From Lachnospiraceae bacterium (lineage in GTDB: Bacteria > Bacillota > Clostridia > Lachnospirales > Lachnospiraceae): a stretch of DNA of 64,000 bases. Positions within the stretch are counted from its first letter, which is position 1. The number at the start of each line of letters is the position of its first letter. The position numbers and the translations under genes were made by a program. Under the pieces are notes generated by a model. It had not been told where the DNA came from and ran no database searches. It worked only from the letters and a program-made list of their open reading frames with translations. The stretch is taken from the NCBI GenBank assembly GCA_024680815.1, contig JAILBQ010000111.1:8600-72599 (forward strand), in the 5' to 3' direction. Below, in pieces: positions 9,349 to 17,428 of this stretch.

Positions 9349-10263
9349 ATGGAGGAGTTAAAGGAGACATACGGAAGAGCGGTGCTTGAAAGCCTAGCGG
9401 AAATATACCGGCAGCTCTATCTCGTGCCGGGAAAGAAGGGTGAGGAGGAATACTCTCTTGTTGTACGGCAGGGGCAGGAGCCGGAGGAAAAAAATCTTTC
9501 CCACTTTAAATCAGACGAAAAGGACAGTCTCGTCTTTATGGACACGCCGGTGGGAGAGGTCTGCGTGATTACCCTCAATGAGAGGCAGGATTTTGTGACC
9601 TTTCTGCAGATAATGGCAAACCGCTGTGCGGAAGTTAATATTCCGGATACTCAGGGAGCATCCATTTTAAGCGGGGTTATTAACTGGAGAAAGATAGAGG
9701 CGCGCAGAGACGCTTTTTTTGAAGAGGAAAAGGAAAAGGGGAACGACTTTCCGGACTGGAACGGGGAGTTTAAGCGCTTTACTTCGGATAAGTCGAATTA
9801 TCTCGATACGCTTATAGTGCTGTCAGTGGGACCTTACAGCTTTGTTCCGGGATCGGAATTCGGCTTTTCCGCGGAAGAATGGACAGCTTATTCAAATACC
9901 ATACGTCTGTATCACGAGTGTACCCACTTTATATGCCGGAAGAAGTTTCCCGAAAAAAAGGACGCGGTTATGGACGAGCTTGTGGCGGATGCCGTGGGTA
10001 TTTATGCCGCTTTCGGGAAGTTCAACCGTCAGATGGAAGAGAGATTTTTAGGTATCAGCGGGGGACATTATACGGGCGGGCGGCTTGAAAATTATGTGAC
10101 GGCTGATACGGAGGAAGAAAAAAGCCGCATTCTTGCGGAAATGTCCGGAAAGGTATCGGCCGTGCTCTCGGAATTCGATGATATCATTTCCGCCCGGGAA
10201 TCCATATCACCCTTTGAACTGGCGGTATTGCTGGGCGAGGGTTCTTTTTCGGTAACAATTTGA
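9349..10263 (+). CDS. Hypothetical protein with an HExxH motif (possible metallopeptidase fold)
   Basis: Long ORF; IRLYHECTHF and downstream DELVADAVG; ATG 9349 has a purine-rich SD. Confidence 0.7.
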   Translation: MEELKETYGRAVLESLAEIYRQLYLVPGKKGEEEYSLVVRQGQEPEEKNLSHFKSDEKDSLVFMDTPVGEVCVITLNERQDFVTFLQIMANRCAEVNIPDTQGASILSGVINWRKIEARRDAFFEEEKEKGNDFPDWNGEFKRFTSDKSNYLDTLIVLSVGPYSFVPGSEFGFSAEEWTAYSNTIRLYHECTHFICRKKFPEKKDAVMDELVADAVGIYAAFGKFNRQMEERFLGISGGHYTGGRLENYVTADTEEEKSRILAEMSGKVSAVLSEFDDIISARESISPFELAVLLGEGSFSVTI

Positions 10264-10381
10264 CGGGCTGATTTGTTCTGTACTGCCAGGATTGCCTTTG
10301 ACAAATTCAGGAAGGACGCGGAAAACTGGTATACAGGAAAGACCAGCTAAATCTGCTGTTTTGAAAGGGGAGAAAAGCAGC

Positions 10382-11065
10382 TTGCAGCGTGACCATGAGC
10401 TGGCACGGAAAAGAGTGCTGGCGGCAGGAATAATACTGATAGTTCTGGCTCTTTTTGCCGTTATAGCGATTAAGTTTTACCTCCCGATACTCAAAATGGC
10501 GGATAATCCCGAGGAATTCAGGCTTTATCTGGAGGAAAGGGGGGTTGGCGGAATAGTTCTCTTCACCGTGATTATGGCCCTTCAGGTTATAATCGCGGTG
10601 ATTCCCGCAGGCCCGCTGGAGGTCGCCGCCGGATACTGTTTCGGTTCCTTTATCGGGACACTGATATGCGATATAGGGATGACTGTCGGCAGCGTAACGG
10701 TTTTCGCCCTGGTCAGACGTTTTGGAATGGCTTTTATCGAGCTTTTCTTTTCGAAGGAAAAAATAAAGTCACTGAAGATTCTCAAAAGTACCGGACAGTC
10801 GAGACTGGTGCTCTTTCTGATTTTTCTGATTCCGGGAACCCCGAAAGATATCATCGGCTACGGCGTGGGTCTCACCGATCTGAAGCTTCTGCCCTGGATT
10901 TTCATTACCCTGATCGGGAGAATCCCGTCCATACTTCTTTCCGCCATGAGCGGGGATGCGCTTATGGAAGGAGATTATACTGTCTTTATAATTATTATCG
11001 TCGCACTGGTTTTATCGGCGGGAATCGGGACTTTTGTTTACCGCAGGTGGTTCCGTAAGCAGTAA
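10382..11065 (+). CDS. TVP38/TMEM64 (VTT/DedA-like) membrane protein
   Basis: LQVIIAVIPAGPLEVAAGYCFG, FLIPGTPKDIIGYGVGLT; TTG 10382 follows GAAAGGGGAG. Confidence 0.88.
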   Translation: MQRDHELARKRVLAAGIILIVLALFAVIAIKFYLPILKMADNPEEFRLYLEERGVGGIVLFTVIMALQVIIAVIPAGPLEVAAGYCFGSFIGTLICDIGMTVGSVTVFALVRRFGMAFIELFFSKEKIKSLKILKSTGQSRLVLFLIFLIPGTPKDIIGYGVGLTDLKLLPWIFITLIGRIPSILLSAMSGDALMEGDYTVFIIIIVALVLSAGIGTFVYRRWFRKQ

Positions 11066-11075
11066 GAAAGCATTT

Positions 11076-11945
11076 TTATTCCGTCTGTTCCGGTTTGTCC
11101 TCGATCTTATTGATGATGTCCTGATAGCTGCTGTGACCGTTTTCCGCAAAATTGTTCAACAGCATTCCGGTTCCGAACAGCTTGTGGTACATGAACTGTT
11201 TTTTCATATGAGCATACCGCTCTTCCAGCTCGGAAAGCTTCTGCTTCTGTTTTTCTTTTCTTTCCTCATACTTCTGCTTTCCTTTGGCGAGCTTATCCAT
11301 CGCGTTCAGCGTATCGGCTGTTATATGCTCCGTCATTCCGTCACTGAGCTTCAGGATCGCATTCTCCATACGCTTCATGTGTTCAAGCTGTTTGTTCAGC
11401 TTCAGAATCGTCATGACGGTGATTATCAGATCGGCAATAAAGACAAGGTACATAACTCCAAGCATAAGCTTCCCCGCGAAAACGGGAATAATACCGATCA
11501 CTTTGTCAAAAAACGGCTGGATCACACGCAGCACAAAGGCAATGGCAAGGCCCCAGACGATACTGAACTCCAGGCAGATATATCCGTTCAGGTTAAACCT
11601 CCTGTCTCTGTAATCCCACCATCTGGCGTGAAACAGCTTGTCCAGAAGAAAGCCCGCAATGAGCTCTATAAGCGTGGCAAAAACGATACCTACAATGAAA
11701 AGGAGAAGGGAGCTGGCTTTTTCGAGATCCGTCTCGAACCCGAATATGCTTCCGGCTATATTCAGGGCAGAGAGTACCATTATAACTCCGCAGCCGTATA
11801 CGGGGCATAAGGGGCCGTTAAGAAATCCCCTGTTGACGGCCTTCCCCAGGGTAACCGCATGGAAGCTGACCTCTATCATCCAGCCCACAACCGAGTAAAT
11901 CATGAAGTACCACAAAATGTTATAAACTGTCATTCCGAAAAGCAT
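11076..11945 (-). CDS. Putative ABC transporter permease (CmpB/DUF1113-like)
   Basis: FMIYSVVGWMIE, NRGFLNGPLCPVYG, RWWDYRDRRFNLNGYICL signature. Confidence 0.85.
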   Translation of the reverse strand: MLFGMTVYNILWYFMIYSVVGWMIEVSFHAVTLGKAVNRGFLNGPLCPVYGCGVIMVLSALNIAGSIFGFETDLEKASSLLLFIVGIVFATLIELIAGFLLDKLFHARWWDYRDRRFNLNGYICLEFSIVWGLAIAFVLRVIQPFFDKVIGIIPVFAGKLMLGVMYLVFIADLIITVMTILKLNKQLEHMKRMENAILKLSDGMTEHITADTLNAMDKLAKGKQKYEERKEKQKQKLSELEERYAHMKKQFMYHKLFGTGMLLNNFAENGHSSYQDIINKIEDKPEQTE

Positions 11946-12066
11946 GGTGTTTTTTCCTTTGTATGGCTATAGCAGCAACGTCAGATTTTCGGATAAGTAT
12001 ATCACACTTCGTCCGGAAAATGTCCTGAAAATATTGAGCTTTTTTGCTGGCGTTCAGTGAATGAAG

Positions 12067-12158
12067 CATGATATGATACAAACGTCAAAAGTCCAAATGG
12101 CGTTCGAGCTGGCTCGATAAGCCATTTGACTTTTGGCGACCAAATCATGTTATGATAC
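12067..12158. repeat. 56-nt inverted repeat (12083-12138) flanked by 13-bp imperfect direct repeats; REP/MITE-like
   Basis: CGTCAAAAGTCCAAATGGC...TCGAGC-TG-GCTCGA...GCCATTTGACTTTTGGCG; flanks CATGATATGATAC (12067-12079) and CATGTTATGATAC (12146-12158). Confidence 0.7.
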
Positions 12159-12226
12159 CACCAGCAGGATTCGTGAGGAGGCCGGGTATTGTTTTTAAGG
12201 GGGCCGGGGAAACGGTAAATCGGGTT

Positions 12227-15200
12227 ATGGAAAAAAGCATAGTATTTACAAACGACAATTGTATAGGCTGTAATAAATGCATCAAGGTCTGCAGCGCGAT
12301 AGGAGCCTGTATATCCAGAGAGGAAAACGGAAGGGCCAGAATAGCCGTCGACGGAAGCAAATGTGTGGCCTGCGGAAGCTGCATTGATGTATGCGTACAC
12401 GACGCCAGGGAATTCCTTGACGATACGGAGCGGTTTTTTGAGGATCTTAAAGGCGGGGAGGAAATATCCCTTCTCCTTGCTCCCGCCTTTAAGGCCAATT
12501 ATCCGGACGAGTATGAAAGCGTGCTGGGAGGCCTGAAACAGCTCGGAATCAGAAGAATCATCAGTGTTTCCTTCGGCGCGGATATCACCACCTGGGGATA
12601 TATCAATTACATTAAGAAACATGATTTTACCGGAGGAATATCCCAGCCCTGTCCGGCTGTGGTTTCCTATATCGAAAGATACCTGCCGGAGCTTCTTCCG
12701 AAGCTCTTTCCGGTGCAGAGTCCCCTGATGTGCGCGGCAAAGTATGCCAGAAACGAAATGGGCATAAAGGACAGGTTTGCCTTTATCAGTCCTTGCATAG
12801 CCAAAAAGCTGGAAATCGAGGATCCTCATAACGCCGGCCTGGTTCAGTACAATGTGACTTTTGAGCATCTTATGAGGTATGTAAGGGAGCACGGCATCAA
12901 AGGCGCTCCGGTCCACAGCGAGATAGAGTACGGACTCGGATCCTATTATCCGACTCCGGGGGGACTTGCGGAGACTGTCAGGTGGTTTCTCGGCGATAAT
13001 GTTTTCATCCGCCAGGTCGAGGGGGAACGCCATCTCTATGAATGGATGCATCTGAATGAAGAGAGGATTAAAAACACAAAGACACCGTTTTTATTCATAG
13101 ACGCCCTTAACTGCAAAAACGGCTGTATCTGCGGTACGGCGGTAAATCCGGAAAAATCAAAGAACGACGATGCTCTTTATGCCCTGCTTGAAATCAGGGA
13201 AAAATCCAAAAAGACACAGAGCGGAGATGCCTGGTCCGTACCCGATACCCCGGCGGAGCGGCTTAAGAACTACAATAAGCAGTTTGAGAACCTTAAGCTT
13301 GAAGATTATACGCGGGGATATACCGACAGATCCGCGGAATGCAGATACCTTATACCGGATAAGGAGGAGCTGGACAGGATCTTTGTCAGCATGAACAAAC
13401 TGACTGAAGACTCCCGTCAGATCAACTGCACCTGCTGCGGGTACGATGGCTGTGAACAGATGGCGACCGCTATATTTAACGGATTCAACCATAAAGAGAA
13501 CTGTATCTATTACGAGAGGGCAATGATTCATGATCTGGAGATGGAAAAGACCATTGCCGAGGAAGCCACAAGAGCCAAGAGCGCTTTTCTGGCCAATATG
13601 TCCCATGAGATCAGGACACCGATAAACGCTGTTCTGGGAATGAATGAGATGATCTTAAGGGAGAGCAGGGAGAAAAGCATTATCGGATATGCCGAAAATA
13701 TACGTGCGGCCGGTAATACGCTTCTGGGACTTGTCAATAATATACTTGATTTTTCCAAGATCGAAGCGGGAAAGATAGAAATCATTCCCGTGGAATATGA
13801 CCTGTCCTCCGTAATAAACGATATCGTCATTATGATACAGACCAGGGCGGACAACAAGGGACTGGAGTTTAAGATTGATTTCAATAAAGAAATACCGAAG
13901 CGCCTTTACGGCGACGAGATAAGACTGAAGCAGATTATCACGAACATTCTTTCCAATGCGGTCAAATATACGGAAAAGGGGAGCGTTTGCTTCAGTATGG
14001 ATTACGAACGCGATCCGGCTGAGTCAAACAGCGTGTTTCTTGACGTTTCAATAAGGGATACCGGTATCGGTATTCGGCCGGAAGACATGCATAAGCTCTT
14101 TTCGGAGTTTGAGCGGATTGAGGAGGAGAGAAACAGAACCATTGAAGGCACAGGCCTCGGAATGAACATAACACGCCAGCTCCTTGAAATGATGGACTCC
14201 TCCCTTGGGGTTGAAAGCGTTTACGGTGAGGGCTCGCACTTTTATTTCAGGCTGAAGCAGAAGGTAATCAGCTGGGAAGGCGTCGGAGATTATAAAGCCT
14301 CTTATAAGACCGCTGCCGCGGCAGGCAAAAAGTACAAAGAAAGCTTCACGGCGCCGGATGCCCTTGTGCTTGTGATTGATGATACCGAAACAAATCTTTC
14401 GGTATTTAAGAGCCTGCTGAAACGTACAAAGGTAAAAATAGAAACCGCGTCAGGCGGTGACGAAGGCCTCTCTCTTACCCGTGATACGAAATATGACATT
14501 ATTTTCCTCGACCATATGATGCCGGAAAAAGACGGAATACAGACGTTTCACGAGCTTCGCGGGGAGGCTCAAAATCCGAATCTTTTTACACCGGTGATCT
14601 GTCTTACCGCAAATGCCATTTCCGGCGCAAGGGAGGAATATCTTTCCGAAGGCTTTGATGATTATCTGACCAAGCCGATAGACGCCGAAAGGCTTGAAGA
14701 GATGCTGAAGGAATACCTGCCGGAGGAAAAGGTTATCGTATCGGACTCCGAAGAGGAGGAGGCGGAAGAGGAAAGCGTACCGCTTCCGGAGTGGCTTATG
14801 GCCTGCGGGGGGATTGATACACAGGAAGGTGTAAAAAACTCAGGAGGAACAGAGGAATATCTGAAAATTCTTACGCTCTTTCATTCCGCGATTGAATCAA
14901 AGGCCGATGAGATAGAAGAGTATTACAAAGCCGGGGATATCCGTAACTACACGGTGAAGGTGCATGCGCTTAAATCCTCCGCCAGAATTGTAGGCGCGGC
15001 GGAGCTGTCCGAAAAGGCGGCACTTCTGGAGGACGCGGGCAATGAGAACAATACGGAATATATCAGGGAAAACACGGATGAACTTTTAAGACAGTACAGG
15101 TCATATAAGGATATTCTCGCTCCGCTTTCCGGGAGCGCCGAGGAGCTTCCGGATATTCCGGCCGATGTGCTGGCGGATGCGTATGCGGGCCTTATGGAAT

Positions 15201-15361
15201 TCGCGGAAATGCAGGATTACGAGCTTGCCCGCATGGTAGTGGAGTCCATGAAGGAATACTCCCTTCCGGGTGAAGACAGGGAGCGCTTTAAGGAAATTCA
15301 GGCTTTCCTGGCCGGGATGGACTGGGACGGGATAATGGATGTCATAAAAAGAAGAGGGTAG
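12227..15361 (+). CDS. Sensory [FeFe]-hydrogenase-like (group C/HydS-type) module fused to a hybrid histidine kinase (HisKA-HATPase-REC-Hpt)
   Basis: 2x[4Fe-4S] CIGCNKCIKVC / CVACGSCIDVC; H-cluster-like motifs SQPCP, SPCIAKKLE, DALNCKNGCICG; FeS domain CTCCGYDGC...ENC; then FLANMSHEIRTP, LDHMMP, VKVHALKSS. ATG 12227 chosen because the ferredoxin motif starts immediately after it. Confidence 0.9.
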   Translation: MEKSIVFTNDNCIGCNKCIKVCSAIGACISREENGRARIAVDGSKCVACGSCIDVCVHDAREFLDDTERFFEDLKGGEEISLLLAPAFKANYPDEYESVLGGLKQLGIRRIISVSFGADITTWGYINYIKKHDFTGGISQPCPAVVSYIERYLPELLPKLFPVQSPLMCAAKYARNEMGIKDRFAFISPCIAKKLEIEDPHNAGLVQYNVTFEHLMRYVREHGIKGAPVHSEIEYGLGSYYPTPGGLAETVRWFLGDNVFIRQVEGERHLYEWMHLNEERIKNTKTPFLFIDALNCKNGCICGTAVNPEKSKNDDALYALLEIREKSKKTQSGDAWSVPDTPAERLKNYNKQFENLKLEDYTRGYTDRSAECRYLIPDKEELDRIFVSMNKLTEDSRQINCTCCGYDGCEQMATAIFNGFNHKENCIYYERAMIHDLEMEKTIAEEATRAKSAFLANMSHEIRTPINAVLGMNEMILRESREKSIIGYAENIRAAGNTLLGLVNNILDFSKIEAGKIEIIPVEYDLSSVINDIVIMIQTRADNKGLEFKIDFNKEIPKRLYGDEIRLKQIITNILSNAVKYTEKGSVCFSMDYERDPAESNSVFLDVSIRDTGIGIRPEDMHKLFSEFERIEEERNRTIEGTGLGMNITRQLLEMMDSSLGVESVYGEGSHFYFRLKQKVISWEGVGDYKASYKTAAAAGKKYKESFTAPDALVLVIDDTETNLSVFKSLLKRTKVKIETASGGDEGLSLTRDTKYDIIFLDHMMPEKDGIQTFHELRGEAQNPNLFTPVICLTANAISGAREEYLSEGFDDYLTKPIDAERLEEMLKEYLPEEKVIVSDSEEEEAEEESVPLPEWLMACGGIDTQEGVKNSGGTEEYLKILTLFHSAIESKADEIEEYYKAGDIRNYTVKVHALKSSARIVGAAELSEKAALLEDAGNENNTEYIRENTDELLRQYRSYKDILAPLSGSAEELPDIPADVLADAYAGLMEFAEMQDYELARMVVESMKEYSLPGEDRERFKEIQAFLAGMDWDGIMDVIKRRG

Positions 15362-15376
15362 AAACAGGAGAAGAGT

Positions 15377-17428
15377 GTGAACAGTATTATAAAAGAACGG
15401 TTGATGATATTGATCACCACCCTGGCGGGAATATCCTGCATATTGCAGAATTTCTTCGGAGGGTGGGAATTCTGGATGCCTGCGGTGGTTCTGATCGGAG
15501 GCGTGGCTTTGTGGTACGTTCATTTTACCCAGAAGCCGGATTCATACTACAGAATCAATATTTATTTTGCCTATGCGGCTTTACTGCTCTTTTATCACGG
15601 CGTTCACGATACCAGTTTGTTTGATCTTTCTGTCTCCGTTGTGCTTTTTATGGTTACGTTTACAATGGCCGACAGTATAAGGATGCTCAATCTTATCCTG
15701 GCCGAATACGGGATAGTGATGGCGATTCAATTCTGGTTCCTGTACAGGAACGGCGGGCTTAACATGAGTGCGTTTAACGGTATGAGGATAGTTTATCATA
15801 TCGGTACCGTGCTTATTATGTATGTTTTCAGCCGCATTACCGTCAGCAACAGGGTTTCAGAGCGCGAGAGGATAAAAAGGTGGGAGGAATCCGTCCGGGA
15901 AAACGACAGCGATATGGAGGATTTCCTTTCGAATATTTCGCATGAACTGCGTACACCAGTGAACGTGATAAGCGGAATGACTGCCATCATGCAGAAAGAT
16001 AATGACTGCAAAGAGCTTGCCTCCATAAAGGATGCGGGAATCCGGCTGGCCAGGCAGATAGAGGATATTCAGGATTATACGGAGATAAAGCGGGGCGAGC
16101 TCCATCTTGAGGAAGAGAACTATATGAGCATCTCCCTGATAAATGATGTTGTAGCCTACTATAAGGAAAACAACAGGAACAAAAACCTTGATCTGGTCGT
16201 GGATATCGCACCGGAAACGCCGTCGATGCTAAAGGGAGATGTAAAAAAGCTCGGCAAGCTCTTAAGGCATCTTCTGGATAACTCAATCAAGTTTACCAGA
16301 CACGGGGGCATATATATTAAGATGTTCTCTGTGCCGCAGAAATACGGTACAAACCTGACAATAGAGGTTACGGATACAGGCATAGGCATGACCCGGGGGG
16401 AGATGTCACGCCTGTCAAAGGGGATGTATCAGGCCAACAAAAAGCGTAACCGCAGTACCGGAGGAATAGGCACGGGGGTGCCTGTTGTATATGGCTTTGT
16501 ACGCAAAATGGGAGGCTTTGTCAAAATAGACAGCTCAAAGGGCAGAGGCACGACGGTTCACATTTCGATTCCGCAGCAGGTAGTGGATCCGGCTCCCTGT
16601 CTGAAAATTGAAGAGGAAGCCAGGGAGGGTCTGGTTTTCTTCATAAGACCCGAAAAATACAAAGTGCCCGAGGTACGGGAATTCTACAGAAACATGGCCG
16701 TAAACCTGGCCAGGGGGCTTAATGTAAAGCTCTATTCCGCGGGCGAGAAGAGGGAGCTGGAGCAGGTTATAAAGGAGCTTAACATTTCCCATATCTTCAC
16801 GGGCCGGGAGGAATACGAGGACGAAACCGGAATGCTCGATTATTTATTGAGCCAGGGCTACAAGGTGGTGGTGTCCGCGGATGAGGGTTATAAAGCTCCT
16901 CCGGGCAGCGGGATTATGGTGCTCCCCAAGCCCCTGTATGCCTTCCCCATCGTGCGGGTTTTAAACGGTGAAGAGGTTGCGGACGGATACGGGGAGGAGA
17001 ATAAAGGACGGCTTTCCTTTGACGGAGTGCGTGCTCTTGTTGTGGATGACGAGCCCATGAACCTTGTGGTGGCGTCAGGCCTGTTCCGGAATTATGAAAT
17101 GGATATCGATACCGCGGAAAGCGGCAGGGAAGCCATCAAGAAGTTTGACAGGAATGACTATGATGTCATCTTCATGGATCATATGATGCCGGAGATGGAC
17201 GGCGTCGAAGCCATGAAAATCATAAGACAGGCGGCCCTGGGAAGCGGCAGAAAGCCTGTCATTGTCGCTCTTACCGCCAACGCCTTAAGCGGAGCCAGAG
17301 AGATGTTCATAAAAGAGGGATTTGACGGGTTTATTGCCAAACCCATAGATATAGCGGAGTTCGAAAGGGTTATGAAACGTGTCCTGCCCGAAGAATTGTT
17401 TAATTACAAGGGGAGGGATGAGCAGTGA
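15377..17428 (+). CDS. Membrane-bound hybrid histidine kinase (multi-TM, HisKA, HATPase, degenerate REC, REC), no Hpt
   Basis: About 5-6 TM segments; FLSNISHELRTP, LLDNSIKFT, DTGIG, atypical G2 GGIGTG; C-terminal IFMDHMMP. Confidence 0.9.
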   Translation: MNSIIKERLMILITTLAGISCILQNFFGGWEFWMPAVVLIGGVALWYVHFTQKPDSYYRINIYFAYAALLLFYHGVHDTSLFDLSVSVVLFMVTFTMADSIRMLNLILAEYGIVMAIQFWFLYRNGGLNMSAFNGMRIVYHIGTVLIMYVFSRITVSNRVSERERIKRWEESVRENDSDMEDFLSNISHELRTPVNVISGMTAIMQKDNDCKELASIKDAGIRLARQIEDIQDYTEIKRGELHLEEENYMSISLINDVVAYYKENNRNKNLDLVVDIAPETPSMLKGDVKKLGKLLRHLLDNSIKFTRHGGIYIKMFSVPQKYGTNLTIEVTDTGIGMTRGEMSRLSKGMYQANKKRNRSTGGIGTGVPVVYGFVRKMGGFVKIDSSKGRGTTVHISIPQQVVDPAPCLKIEEEAREGLVFFIRPEKYKVPEVREFYRNMAVNLARGLNVKLYSAGEKRELEQVIKELNISHIFTGREEYEDETGMLDYLLSQGYKVVVSADEGYKAPPGSGIMVLPKPLYAFPIVRVLNGEEVADGYGEENKGRLSFDGVRALVVDDEPMNLVVASGLFRNYEMDIDTAESGREAIKKFDRNDYDVIFMDHMMPEMDGVEAMKIIRQAALGSGRKPVIVALTANALSGAREMFIKEGFDGFIAKPIDIAEFERVMKRVLPEELFNYKGRDEQ

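Noticed and set aside
12002-13051. Long antisense ORFs in the track (e.g. 12002-13051, 18286-19179, 20685-21926, 34137-34874, 42735-43649, 46874-47746, 11034-11810)
   Set aside because: They are shadows of well-supported genes on the opposite strand and show no motifs or SD.
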